From: Haplodiscus bocki
Taxonomy: Eukaryota
Direction: 5' to 3'
Length of the DNA: 64,000 nucleotides
NCBI GenBank assembly: GCA_965655095.1
Contig: OZ296657.1
Location: 51,398,001 to 51,462,000, forward strand
Part shown: positions 48,600 to 62,400 of the stretch, piece after piece
Position numbering within the stretch: the stretch's first letter is position 1
Layout: every line of letters starts with the position of its first letter
The notes under the pieces: generated by a model
Seen by the model: the letters and a program-made list of their open reading frames with translations, nothing else
Database searches by the model: none
What the model was told of the DNA's origin: nothing
Program-made: the position numbers and the translations under genes

Positions 48600-49925
48600 T
48601 TGTTGGGATCAATTACAGCGAGAGGTAATAATTTTTTTGGTTGTTTGGAGCTAGGTAGAAGAGTCTGGTTCTTCTACTTTTCTAGCTTCGGTTTTTCGGG
48701 GGTTGGGCTTAAATTTTTGTTATTTCTAGTTTGTTAGTTAATGTTATGTCATATATAACCTCTATAATTTTTGTCTACACTCAGTACTGGCTTCAGCACA
48801 GCAACCGGTTGTGCTCCTAATTTCCCGATTGTCCAAACCGTGAATAAATCACCGGATTTATTGGCGGGGCTTGATTTGTTTTAATTTTGTTTATTACTCA
48901 GGTGAAAACTCGCTCTTTGGCGGTCACCTGGTGATGTTTTCTTAGTCCCTTTCTTTCCAACCGAGATGTTTTGTCTAGCGGATTTTATGGAAGGGATTTA
49001 TGAAAGATTAAAATTGATCAGAGAGATACACTCAGTCTGAACTAGAAATTCTTTAACTAACGGTTACCGTCGATGGAGCTGGGTGATCTGCTGATAACTC
49101 GGGGACTCTCCTCTTTTAAATCTGACTTGCGAAAGAATTGGGTAGGAGATCTCAAATCAACTCAAAGAATGGAATTATGGGAATCAGGAAGGGACGGTTT
49201 CTGCGTATTTAATTCATAACTCGGAATTTAGAATAAATTCTAAAGACCATGGAAGCAGACGAGGTGAGAATGATCTATGAGTAATGTCAATTCTCTTTGC
49301 CTAAGAACCTCGTGGGGGGTCGTGCATATTTAAGATCCACTCAAGCTTCAGAACATCAGTTCATCCACGGAACCCGCACACGCCAATGCCGAAGCTAGCG
49401 TCAGTGGACACCGTTTAGACTCCGATGACAAGAGTATGTAAAAGGTAAATGAAAGGAAGGGAATTTTTCTAAGTCAGAAAGAAATTGGGACTTAGAATGT
49501 TTTTGTAAATTGAAAGTGAAATTGCGGCTAAGACAGAATTTAGAATTGTCTTAGAATAATTTTGCAGAATTGAATTGGTTTTGCGACTAAGACAGAATTT
49601 AGAATTGCCTTAGAATAATTTTGCAGAATTGAATCGGTTTTGCGACTAAGACAGAATTTAGAATTGTCTTAGAAAAATTTTGCAGAATTGGAGTTGGACT
49701 TAGAATAATTTTGTCCAAGAGGAGAGAGAAGGGGAATTGGACTTAGAAAATTTTCGTCCAAGAAGAAAAAGGGAGAAAGGGAGTTGGACTTAGAATAATT
49801 TGTCCAAGTAAAAGGGAGAAGAAGAGTAAAGTAAAAGGTAAGGCAAGTCAGAAGAGGAGTAAGGAGTCCCGTCCGCTGAGCGGGAAAGCGAGTTATGCTC
49901 AGGCCCGTTTCCCAGGTCGGCTCCA
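48600..49925 (-). mobile_element. Probable LTR-retrotransposon 5' leader remnant with PBS-like site
   Basis: Minus-strand TGGAGCCGACCTGGGAAA (49925-49908) has primer-binding-site form (TGG plus a GC-rich tract). It is followed by a pyrimidine-rich, tandem-repeat leader. No LTR TG..CA and no gag/pol motifs found. Confidence 0.35.
49522..49690 (+). repeat. 59-bp tandem repeat x~3, each unit with an 8-bp stem-loop
   Basis: Units at 49522, 49581 and 49640: TTGCGACTAAGACAGAATTTAGAATTGTCTTAGAATAATTTTGCAGAATTGAAT.GGTT. Stem is CTAAGACA/TGTCTTAG (one mismatch in unit 2). Confidence 0.92.
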
Positions 49926-52857
49926 AAACAACAGCATGCTGTTGTTTCATGCAGCCAATAGGAAAGAAGCTTGTAACAGCCATGGATTTTTGCTTGTAAC
50001 AGCAGGAGCCAATAGGAAAAAAGCTTGTGTTAGAATTTTTTGTAAAAATTATTTATGCAACTTCAATAATTTTGTTTTTTCTTCAGCTTTTTTATATTCT
50101 TTATTATCCAGCATAGCCCCTCAGAAAAGGTTAGTTTTAATTAATCATTCATGTTTTAATTAATTAACGTTTGAGCGTTATGCGTAACGCGATAGAAAGA
50201 TTTTGAAATTTTTCCTTCCAAAAGCTGTTTTTCCGGACACGTTGGAGTAGGATGCACTTCTAATAAGCCATCAATTTTCTAGCTGAAATTCGACGTTCTT
50301 CCGATCATTTTCTTAAAAAAAGTGTTTAGAGAGATCTTAAGAGAAGTTTTACTCCAAGAACGATCCTTCAGGCGCATACAATGCATTTTTGACAATCCTG
50401 CTAAGTTTCTTTCCTCTAAATTGGAAAAAATATATAAATATTCACAGTGGTCCAAAAGTGACAAAACTGTTCCCCTGGACGCGTTATGGAAATGAATTTT
50501 AGGCACATCAGCTATAGTTTTTTTGCTGAAAGCCGGGAAAATGTTCTGAAGTTTCAAATTTTCTCAAGAAAGTGCACAAAAAGTTCTTCCAGACACATTT
50601 GAGGTTTTCTTAGATTTGTACGTACTACGATTAGGGCGGACCTCCTCGCACCCCAGGATACTCAAGTGTTTCTCGATGTTTTCAGCTAGTTCCTTTTTAG
50701 GATGTTTCTGAGTCACCGCCGATGGAAAACATCGCAGCGTCGCTTCACCTGTTGTCAAGATACAATTTAGCTTGTCTCCGACTTGTTGGACTTGTTTAGT
50801 TTTTGAATCTTCAATCTTGGGAACTCACCCTTTTTGACATTGTCTTGCCATAATTTTCATGTAAAATGGCTCAATACTGCGTGCTAAATGTGCTAACAAA
50901 CTGCTAGCAATGAAGAAATTTACTCGCTTATTCAGGGACATTTTAAACCCAACGCATTAGTTACAAAAAAGTGACTGCGTGCTAAATGAATGAAACAAAT
51001 TTTACCTGATCTTCGTAATAGAGCAAGTAAAAGACTATTTTTTTAAACGTAAAAAGGTTGGTTTTTAAAGTTAGATAAAATTCGAAAGACAAATAATTCT
51101 AGAAAAAAGAAAGAATAAAATGGCGCAGAAAGTTTTCAAAAGAAAATGGGCCAAATTAAAAAAACTAAACGAGAGAGACAAAACAGAAGAAGTGCTCCCT
51201 TTTCAGTATATGTAGTACAATTGATGAAATAATGAACTTGAATCTATATAATGCCATAACTGTTTATACGAAGCAATTAGTTTTTGTTTTGACTCAATTC
51301 TCACAATTTTTATCAGAGACGCAGTTTGCTAATGTTTATAACAACTAAAAACACATTAAGAGATCACCATTGTTTCTTAACGATTGCTAGCTACAGTTCA
51401 CATTTTATCAGCTCACACTGACGCTTACTAGACGTCACGAATATCTCTAACCGATCTTTTTATGACCTGGAGCTGATGAAGCTAGATCGCAGACCATTAA
51501 CTCAAAAGAACTCAAATTGACGCTTCCACATTTCATTGTGGAACGACATCCATCTTACTTGTGGATGTTGACGCCAACAGTTAGCAAAGGAGGCGATGTA
51601 ATTGATTTTTTGGTATGATGAATATTTGAGATCTCATGATTTTGGAAACTTTTAAGTTGCGTTTGGAATGTTTTCTCGGCGTACCAGGCATGAAGTGAAC
51701 AACCCAATTTTATAGAGATGGGAAAATACAAACACGCAGATCCCCTCACCAACCCCAACCCCCGCCAGCGGAGACCCAAAAAAAGAATAGGAAAAACCGA
51801 GGTCAGACCAGAAACTGAAACTATCCTTTTTTCGTAACTTTACTTTTATTTTTAAATTATTGGTATGATTTAGGGATTATCTCTGGAAATTTTCTTTGTG
51901 GATACGGAGTAGAAGTTATCGGCCATCAGGATCAAGCAGCCATTTCGCAAAATCTTTCGTCTCTTGTCAGAGCCCAGCATGGCATTTATGACGTCAATAT
52001 TATAGTAAGTTCACGGTGATGAGGATTTTCCCTGGCCCGGTATTGGACGATCTGCTGCCTAACCAACCCTATATATATATAATCCGAGCCTGCTGATGAT
52101 TTCCGTTACAAAAGTAGATTCAATTGATTGAGCTGATAATGATACGAGGAGTAATACACAGATTGGAATGTGCGAGGGGGCTATCTTGGACGTTGCAGAA
52201 GTATTTCGATTTGTTCGATATGTTTATTATCTAGCTGACATCGTCCAATTGGTTTATCTTTGAAATTAGTTCAAATTCGTCTAAAATGACAGCTGCAGTC
52301 CAAAATCGCGACCTTGTCAATTTGCGTACAAATAGACCTTATAAATAGACCTTATAAGGTGTACATTACGCTTGAAAATTGCGGTAAATATTACTTTTGG
52401 TATAATTTGCTTTTGAAAGAATTTGCTTAAAGCACAAGACGAACCGGAAACAGTGACGGATTTTCCGCCAGAACTTAATTCAATTTTGAAAAAAGAAAAA
52501 GTAATTTATGAAATGTAAAATAATAGTTAAGAAAAAGAACTGCAGCTCTTTTTCTCAATTAGTTTAATACTTGTAAAAGTTTCAAAGTTTTTGTTGATGA
52601 GAAAACCCAAAGTTTGAAAATTTTGAGGTTTCAAGGAGCGTTTGCTTTCTTTGCAGGCTCATAAAGATTCTAAACTATACTTACTGAACGGTACATCTCG
52701 AAAAATTGTAATGACTATCAAAAATGAACTAAATGTAGTGAACAGAACAGTAATACCTACACCTACTTTACTTACAGATCAAGATGCTTGAAGTATTCAG
52801 TGCTTTGTCAGCTGTAGGCGCAACTCATACAAGCTATGAAGACTTGAAAACAAAAAT

Positions 52858-53950
52858 ATGAAAAATATTTTAACTACGGCTAAAACAGAAAAAATGCATC
52901 CCGAAAAACGATACGCAAAACAAAGCATTGGCAAGAAAATCGTTTTAAGTTTGAACGCAGCTGTGCCAAAACGCAGAGTCTGTCAAAAGGCGATTCAAAA
53001 ACGGTTGAACGGAAGTTCATCAAAAAAATTTGACAGAAATCCATGCATTTTGGTTAAAATGGGATTTGGAAAGACACAACATTCAATAGCAATTGAGGTT
53101 TAGGCACATTCAGGCTTCCAATGGAATTAGAAAACCGCATACAATAGCAAAAATTAACCTTCTACGAAAGATTGTCGATAATGGACTGGTTCGAACAAAT
53201 CTAACAAATAGTTTTGCTCAATATAAGTAGGAAAACCGAGAAAATTTATCATTGATTGCATTTTCTGGGAAATTGAGCCTGCCAAATTCTTCCAAAATTG
53301 AAGATGATAATGTCCGAAGACCTGCTAAACAACCCCAATTAGGAAGTTGGAACATTGGATGGCAGAAATCAAAACATTACGTTTAGAGATATATGACTTT
53401 GATAATCGAGCAAAACTGGCTTTACAGTTTTTGGAAGAGGAGTGGGACAATGAACTATCTTATAATCAAAAACCCTTTTAAAAGTAGTAGCTTTTCAACT
53501 GACTCCTTCATGGCAAATTCCAACTGATATTTTTGTTGCGTAATGAGTGTGAAGATTGACAAAAAGCTTGACTTAAAACAATTTTTGACAATTGCTTCGA
53601 TTTACACTCTCGATCAAGACAGCGAAAAAGAAGTTGTACCCGTTATAGAATAAACTTCCACAAGTTATATTGACATTTTGCATTGCTTTTTGACATCTTG
53701 ATGATGGAAGAAGTAGTTTGATAGACATTTGCATTCAAATTTGGCGGAATTTTTTACTAACAAAAATGGCCTTTTCCATCGGTCAAGCTTCCAATGCCAG
53801 TAGTTGAATCGATGGTATCAGTCTTGAAAAAAGCTGTTGAACTGAAGAATTGGAAAATGCAACTTTGAGAGGAGAAAACAAGCCGATAACTTTGCAGATT
53901 GTTGAGTATGAAAATTTTGAAAAATCAATACTAAAAGTTCTATTTGATGT
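52858..53950 (+). pseudogene. Possible degraded NACHT/STAND NTPase gene
   Basis: 'ILVKMGFGKT' (one substitution from Walker A GKMGFGKT) at ~53047-53076; 'VGTLDGRNQ' (~53346; cf. hhhLDGLDE). Many stops. Confidence 0.25.
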
Positions 53951-54374
53951 TTTTCGGTCCATCATTTCTTGGATTCTGGCAAAAAAATAACAGAAATAAC
54001 AGAATGAAAATTGTTGAATGAGGCCTCCACGGACAAAATCTAGTTAGTAGCTTTAGTTAGCAGTAAGAATGAAAACTGATGAAAAAACCATTATCTTTAG
54101 TTTTCTAACAATTTGGGGCTTACATATTTTGCATGCCAGTACGAGAAAAGGATGATAGTTTTGCAAAAAAATGTGGAATGAGATGTTATTGAAAAAATTT
54201 TTGTTGTAGTGAGAAATTTTTTGGTAGTTCTGATATAGAATGAGTTTGAGTACACAGAAAAATCTTTACTGCAGTTGCGCTTTGTGCGAGTTCCGCCTCT
54301 TGGAAATCCAATGCAATTCAGACAATATTCGATCTTTCAATCGAGTTTTGTACTACAAACAAGATAATTTGGTC

Positions 54375-54574
54375 NNNNNNNNNNNNNNNNNNNNNNNNNN
54401 NNNNNNNNNNNNNNNNNNNNNNNNNNNNNNNNNNNNNNNNNNNNNNNNNNNNNNNNNNNNNNNNNNNNNNNNNNNNNNNNNNNNNNNNNNNNNNNNNNNN
54501 NNNNNNNNNNNNNNNNNNNNNNNNNNNNNNNNNNNNNNNNNNNNNNNNNNNNNNNNNNNNNNNNNNNNNNNNNN
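54375..54574. other. Assembly gap (200 N)
   Basis: Run of N characters. Confidence 0.99.
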
Positions 54575-57001
54575 ATGATCACATATGGGCATTCGCAGAA
54601 GATCAGGACAACGATCTGGTGAACAGTTGCAGAGACTTCAAAATGTATCAATCACCAAAACAGGAAGCTTCAGACTTAGTCACCGTAGGAAGGAATCCAT
54701 CAAGATTTTTGCAATCATTGTCGACAATGGCAAACAATTGGAAGCATTGGCGGTTTCTTGGTCACTTTCTGACAATAAAAGTCCTTTGCAGTCAGCAAAC
54801 ATCATAGCTGATTTCAATCCAAAACTTCTTGATGTTGGAAAAATTGTTGATTGAGAACTTGATGTACGAAATCAAGCTAAACGTTACGCGGACAAAAGAG
54901 AATGACTTTTGAGGTCTTTTTTGGAAAAACTAGGCTCCTTTTCACGTTTCCAACGAGTCAAAAGTCTCACGCAAGAAACAAAATGAATGGTTTTTCGATC
55001 GAATGATCAATCACAACTCTAAAAATTTCTACTGAGGCCCTAATGGATGAATTGAAGAAAAAATGATTTTGAAGATAGAGGTAAATCAATTTTGAGATCA
55101 TTTTAGAATTCTCGGACTATCACTATCACGAAGTCAGGAACAAACTCGAAGATGTATGACTTGCATATACCTTCACTTTACTAAAACTCTCGATTTAGGA
55201 CATGTTGATGGAAATCGAGACGGCGTTCAAGAAGAGGAAAATGTTCAAAAATCAAGATTTATCGAAACTAATGGCACGTTCTCGCATTTCCGGTTTTTCC
55301 AGATTTTGACGCAAGGAACAAAATGGAAGGTTTTTTTCTTAGGCATCTATCTTCAACTTGGAAGTTTCTGGTTGAAACCTAGATGAGAGAATTGAATATT
55401 GTATTTTCAAAGGAAAATCAGTAAAAACATCCGGGAGTTCTTTACAAGCTGGACTCTTTGGTTTTTTCTAAAAGTAGGGTTCACTCCGCAATATGTTCCC
55501 GCCGAAAACCTATCGAATGTATATTATTTCTTGACAGCAAAAAGATTTAGAAAAACGAAGAAAACTGACACCAACGAGCTGATAGTTTTAAGAATCGTTT
55601 TCAGAAGTAAATTTTGAACGGAGATAAAAGTTTTCTTTTCATTAGAAAAACGAGTTTTCCCAAGATGTTAAATAACCTCTGAGAAACAACTATCACTTTC
55701 AAAATCGTCAAAAGAAAGATTTTTGAGGGAAAATGGTACTACTAATCAGAAAACCTCATTTTCGATTGAAAAACTTTTGTCGTTTTGCCGATAAAGATGA
55801 GAATGTGTTAACGAGTATCTTATAACATGCAAAAACATTGTCTGATAGGAGGTTACGAACCCACCAACGCTGGCTTCCTAGTCGCAGTGACACCCCACAT
55901 TTATCTGATGTATGAGGCACCAATAAATTTCTTCCGAAACCGGGTTGCTGCGCGTCATCGGCCGCTTCAGGAAAAAGAACACACAAGAGGCAAAATCGCA
56001 CGGCAATATTTCCCGTCAATGGGGATAAAAAAATTGAACAAACAAAGAATCAACATCTAAGAGGAACCCATTTTCGATAGCAAAAACCGACGCATGCCTA
56101 TTTCGAAGAATTTGAGCAGCTGGATTTAGATAACGTTGGGTCTGAAAATTGACAAGACAAGAAAAATAATTCGACTTTTTCGCAATCTTGGACCATCAGG
56201 ATTCCGATTAAAATATCTACCTAAAAAATTTGCTCGAAAGAGAGTCATCTATTATCTAAAAGTAAAAAAAAGTCAGTTCCGATCGTGATAGAGAAATTCA
56301 AAGCTGTAGTTCACAAGAAATTTGAGATGGAATGTCGAGATAAATCTACACTAAAACCACTTTTGCCAACATAGTCCAATGGGGATTTCAATACTCATGT
56401 AGACAACAAGTCGCACTGTTTCAAAGAGAACAGTCCACCCGAAAAAAAAACTTTTCGATTGACACCTTACGCGAAAAAGGGAGCACCTGGAGTTGAAAAA
56501 ACATGAGTTTGAGCGTTGATATTTATCAACATGAAAGACGCTTTGGCATTCTCAAAGTATCATGATTCTAACGCAAGGAACACGTAGAGTCTTTATAACA
56601 TTTTCTCGTCCACCGAAACAAACATTTTTGCATAGAGAACATGAATCTAGAAATCAAGTCAGGTGTTTCAAAGAAAGATCAGTTGCAATTGCGAAAAAAA
56701 TCGGAACTGCAATCAGTTCTCTGGGTTTCTCCAACACGCAGAAACCTGACCCAAGGAACCCCAACGATTCATCGAGTAAGTCCAAAGTTCATCTACCACT
56801 GAAAAGCTGGCCATTGAAAATTTGATGAACGAAATCCTAATTTTGTAATTACAGATATTCATGGTTTTGAATAGGGAAGTCAAGTAGAAGTGAGAACTTT
56901 TCAGCGTTTTCGGACAAATAGGATACCAACCCATTGATCGACATGGATTGTCCGATGCATGAAAGGTGCTTCAAAACTAAATAAATATCAAAGTATGCGA
57001 T

Positions 57002-58680
57002 TGAGACCCTGGAGAGAAAAAATAGTCCTGTGGGCACGGAGACTACAACTATAATCTCGAGGTGAGTCAATATTAATAGCACATTTTGGAAATTTCTTAC
57101 AATTGACTTCTGAACCCCAGAGCAAAAATGCCACTTTTTAAAAGAAACCTCCTTCAAAAGTGTAGATCTTCGACTGAGACATTGATGCAATGAAATAAAG
57201 CATGCAATTACGGAGAACAATGTTCAAATCGCGGGATGAATCATATTTTTCAATATCTTTTGATTCTTTCAGACTATTTAAATTCGGACGTAAGGATCAG
57301 AATCAACTAATTTCTAGTCGATTCCTCTTCTGAAAATGCGCATCTCCTGTTTGAGATATCGATGGAGGAAAACAGGACTGTAGCCATGGAGGAAAAAAAT
57401 GTGAAGCCAGGGATAGATCATTACTTATAGCACAATTTGAAATCTTCGGGTCAGAGGAGTGTTTAATCAAGGATCTAAATAACTGAAATTTCAATCAAGT
57501 ACTCCCCAAAAAATGTAACATTTGCGATGGAGCTTTTTATGGGAGAAATTAGAACTAGCATTACGGCGAAAAATGTGTTTGAAAATGGAAATGAATCAAA
57601 AACGTTTTGCAAGACTTCTGGAATTTTCTAACTATCCGGATTCTGATGCAAAGATCAGAGTAACCACCTTCTCAGATACATTGTCCTCTGAAACGTAAAA
57701 TCTCTGACTGAGATTTTGATGCAAGAAATCAAGTTTGTATTCACGTAGGAACCTGATTTTAAGTATTGCGATAAATTATTTTTACTAGCAATTTTAGATG
57801 TCTCGGATTGCCAAACCACTCACGCACAGATCTAAGACAACGATTGTCCAGTCGCCTCTTCTTCTCAAAAATTTGAAGCTTTCAACTGAGACTTTGATGG
57901 AAAAAATTGCACCTGTATTTACTGAAAAACTGACATTGAAGGCTGAGATGATAGATTAATAGTAGCACTGACTGGAATTTTTGGACAGACAGGATTCTGA
58001 GGCTACGAACAAATTGATTGATTTTGCAATCGAAGAATCCTATATAAACACAGAGCTTTTGACAGAAGTTTTCATGGAATTAATTGAACTTGTAACTCTG
58101 TAGAGATTTGAGTTTGAATATCGAGATGAATGAATATCAAGAATACTTTTGGAAGCTTTGGACTATCAAAGTTCTGAGGCAAGGAGGGAAAAAATGATGT
58201 TTCAGTAACAATACAATGCTCTCTAAATGTAGAAAATTTTCGGCCGAAAACTTGATTGACGAAATCAAACCAGTTTTTACCAGAAACATAGAGTTTGATT
58301 AATTGTAACCAATTTTTTTTTGTTTTTCCGGACTATCCAGCCTCTGATGAATGAATCTAAGTCAAAATTCTTCGAATCGAATCTTCTTTTTGTTGTTGGT
58401 GAGTGTTTTTTTGAGACATTGATGCAGTCAAATCAAACCTGTAGGTACTGAGACATTTAAGTTATAAAAACGAGGTTTATCAATTTTTTTGGCATTATTT
58501 GGATTTCCAGCACTATTGACGTTCTGATACACAGATCAAAATGAATGATTTTTTATTCGAATTCTTTTTCCAGTTAAGAAGCTTTCGATTCAGACACTCA
58601 TAGGAGAACTCGAGCCAGTAATTTTGGAGGGATATAAATTTTGAGAAGCGAGTTCATTGGAAATTATTTGCATTTTTCAT
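57002..58680 (+). repeat. Degenerate ~177-bp tandem satellite, ~9-10 units
   Basis: Anchor TGAGA[CT]N[TC][TC]GATG-like at 57002, 57175, 57352, 57709, 57887, 58412 and 58590 (spacings 173, 177, 357, 178, 525, 178). A second anchor GACTATC..ATTCTGA recurs in phase. Confidence 0.8.
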
Positions 58681-59340
58681 TTTTCCGCATTACCGGTCTA
58701 TCAGTAATTTGACATAAAGACAAAACCAAAATTTTGCAAGAGATTACCCTTTTACATGTGGACGGTTTTTGATTGATACCCAGATGGAGGAATCGACCGG
58801 CGATTTTGGAGAGAAATGAGTTGAAAATTTTAGAGAAATCAAAATTACTAATCGTATATTTTGCCAATCCGTCACTGTGGGGATGGGAGAAATCTATGTC
58901 CCAACAGAAACGTTTTTGAACTAAAATTATAATATCTGAAATCGGATAAACTAAATTAGAGAAAGAAACTGATACCAAAAAACTGAAAAAAAAGTTCAAA
59001 TATTTAGATTTGTAGCTACCTATTTCAACAGGTTCATAAACTTTTGACTTTTTCCAGCTTTATAGGTAAATAATAAAGGTTTTCCCCATTTACTGAACTT
59101 TATTCAGAAAAAACGATTGTCGGAAAAGGGATTTTTTTTGAGAAAGGAAGAGCCCAGTTATCAAAACTTGCTACTTTTTGTCAAAAAAGCCCACTTTTTT
59201 GCTTTTAAACAATCAGATGTGTTAACGGGTATCTGAGAAAATGTAGAAATATGTATGTATTTTTGCAAGCCACTCCACATATGTATTTTGCAAGCCGCTA
59301 ACGATTCTGCGGACAACCTGCGCGTCTTGGTCAAAATCAG

Positions 59341-59469
59341 GAAAAGAATAAAACTCCGACTACTGAATTGAATATTATCCTTTCGAAAAAAGTTTTCGAC
59401 GGAAAATAAAAAACTCCAACAACGGAAATGACTATTATCCTTACAAAAACGTTTTTCGACGAAAAATAT
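59341..59469 (+). repeat. 60-bp tandem duplication (2 diverged copies)
   Basis: ..AAAACTCC.AC.AC.GAA.TGA.TATTATCCTT..AAAAA..TTTTCGAC repeated at 59341 and 59401. Confidence 0.8.
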
Positions 59470-62400
59470 TTTGAAATGTTCCAAGACAACCTTCTAAACA
59501 ATTCTTCGTTTTGCACAACTGAACCCCTTTTCAGAGCCACCAGCTCCATGCTCAAACTCCCAAATTGGATAAACGAAAAGCCGAAATAACTTGCGGTCGT
59601 ATTCAAACAGAATCATACTTTCTTATCACTGATCAGGAATGTAACCTGAACTATTTTTTAAGAAAGCAATCGCAAACACATTAAACATTTTGAAGGGAAA
59701 ACTTTTTTTAAGTTAAACCAGCAACTTTCACGCAAAGAGCTTGAAAATCTAAACTTCGTCTGAGAGTTGCCTTTTCCATATCTAAATTCAATCAACAATT
59801 GGCTATCATACAAAAAATACAATAACCGATTTTTTTATTTCAAATATTAGATAAAATGATGAAATTTTGCAAAAGGTTTCGCAAAAGTAAATCTGACAGA
59901 AGAGGTGGAATAACATCTAATGAAAAGCGTCTACCATCATTTCAGGAAAAACGTCTAAAGTAATAATGTCTAATTTTCAATGCATCAAGATAAGACATGA
60001 GGAAGAATTTAATTTAGACATTATTCACGAAATGCATTTAGACTAGACGAAGGTCCCCTATTTAACATTAAGGAGTATATCGTGACCTCGGATTCAAATT
60101 TTTCACCGGCTTGAAAGTTGAGGTAATCCAATTTGCATCGACCAGACGCTGCCATTCTCACCAATATTTCACATTTTCTAAGGTCATCAGCTACTTCAAG
60201 CTTAAGGTCATGCTAAAAGCTTGAACTTTAGAGCTTGCAATCGTCAAAAAAACCTGTCTTGTTAATCCGAAAGTTTCAACCTCTCAACTTCATTTTCTTC
60301 TGCACAATAAACCAATGCCGATAGAGAGTTGCAAAAAAGAGTAAAAAATGTTGAAAATTGACAAAAAGATAGATTTTAATTTACAATCTTTTGAGAAAAA
60401 ATGAAATAAAAATTTTTTGTCACCAGTACGAATTCTATAAGGTGTTCCACTTTGGTGTAAACTATCTACGCCGAGCCAGACAGAAATTACATGCTTTATT
60501 AAAACCAAGTGCAGTGGCATTCTGATATTTTCCGTCAACAGCGGCGGAGATTGATTGATTGAAAACAGACTTTTTCTGCTAATCAAGAGTCCAATGCAAG
60601 CAATGAAACAGAGTGTAATCTTAGTCACATGCAATCTGCCAGTAAAAAGTTGTCAATTGAGAGCTTGATGGAAGAACCCCGACCTATTGATTTGTAGAAG
60701 AAATTATTTCATTATCGGGAAGCTGCCTTTTAGCATTAGTAGCCAAGCCCTTTTCCATTCGAGGTGTTGAACTTGAAATCTTTCTTTTGAAAAAAACCCT
60801 TTGAGACTAGAAGGGTGTGGATTGTGACCTTAATAGAGAAAATTTAGTAGGGAGTTTCCAAAGAAAGCGGGTTTCAAAATAGAAATAATCAGTTTCACTT
60901 GTACGTCTCAGCAAGTACGGGCTATCATGTTTTCGATACAAAGAACCGAACCGAAAATATTGATATTGAAAATGCTTCTGCATCTTGAGAGTTGATAAGT
61001 GGGAGCTCGGTAGAAGAAACTTAAGTGGTAGTTCTTTCGGAAATAGAGTTTGATTATGGAAGACAACTTCTTGGAAAACACGTTTGTCAAATTTGGTCTA
61101 TCAATTGCCCATCTCAGCAACAACAAGAAAAAATCATCCAAAAAGGGTTTACTTGGTGAAAAACTGACTGAAACCTGTATTGAAACGGTACTTTTGCAGG
61201 AAACTGAAAGTGAAGGTCGAGCAAATTCATTACTAGTTGCACTTTGGGATCTCTCGCATATTCATGTTTTTCCCATGGAAATAACAAAACGGAAAGTGGC
61301 AATCAAAAAGCTTCCGCACAAACGCTGGTTTTATTTCCCATAGATAGAACTTTTCGATGAAAAACGTTTTGGATATGAAGAAAAAACAATTTTTCACTTT
61401 CTGGTAGTTTCAACCTATCGGCTTCTCGTTTCAAGGACCAATATTCGGAATTATTATTTGTGTCATCTGAAACTTTTTAACTCGCTTTTAATTCTTTTAA
61501 TTCTTGGTGTTTGCGAAAAATATCATCAAACCAATTTTTTAGGCCAATCTGAAAAAAATTGAAAAAAACTTGAACTTGACACAATTTTGCAAAAAATATA
61601 TAAAGCTTATTCAATGTTATTCTCCGCAGAAATTTTCCGAGAAGTGTTAACAAGGTTCCTATTATTAGAAAACTGGCCTTCTGAGGCACTTAAACCTTCT
61701 ACCTGTACTTTTGCAAAAAAATCTGTCATTGTGGATTCTACTTGCCTACACTTACGATGCAAACTATGAGTCTGCTGTGTTAAGGCAAGAGGCGTTCCAA
61801 TTATTTGGCAAAACCGCGGTATTTTAATTTTAAAAAACGGATGGTGGAGACAATCTGTTTTATCAGCTTGCTTTTGTAAAACATCACAAACTTACAGAAT
61901 GTTAACTATCATTAATTGATGTCTTTCAGGGTCTTTTAGCACTTTTCGAAAAACCCCGCTAAACTTTGCAAGAATCATTAGAGAAACTTGAACAAAGGGC
62001 GCAGTAGCACTGCAGTTTTTTCCCTCAAAATGATGTAGAAATGATTGATCGATCATATAACAAGTGGTTTTCGATTGAGATTTTGTCAGAACAATTCAAG
62101 TTTCTTTTTTCTTGCTTGATTTTTTTTAAAATAGATTTCTATTTTAACCAGCTGATGGTGAAAAAAAAATATTACACTTGGGTAAGCAATGTTATATCGT
62201 AGAGGAGTTGTTAAACATCATGAAGTTGAATATCGGCAGAACAACAAAAACATTTGCACTTTTTGGCAATTTCGGCCTACCATGAAGTTTCTGTTGATGG
62301 AGCAATAACCAAACAATTCCAAATTCAAGGCCCATTTGCAGCTGAAAAACTATCAAATATACCCTAATGGAGAAAATCAAGCCGAAAGGCATGGAGAAAA

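Noticed and set aside
52330-52357. 13-bp direct duplication AAATAGACCTTAT x2
   Set aside because: Trivial slippage or excision footprint with no supporting context.
55156-55386. 'LGHVDGNRDGV' resembling an LTR reverse-transcriptase LGH motif
   Set aside because: No upstream YxDD or downstream RNase H motifs found.
56378-56410. GDFNTHVD, resembling the APE endonuclease motif of LINEs
   Set aside because: Isolated 8-residue match with no other recognisable APE or RT motifs in frame.
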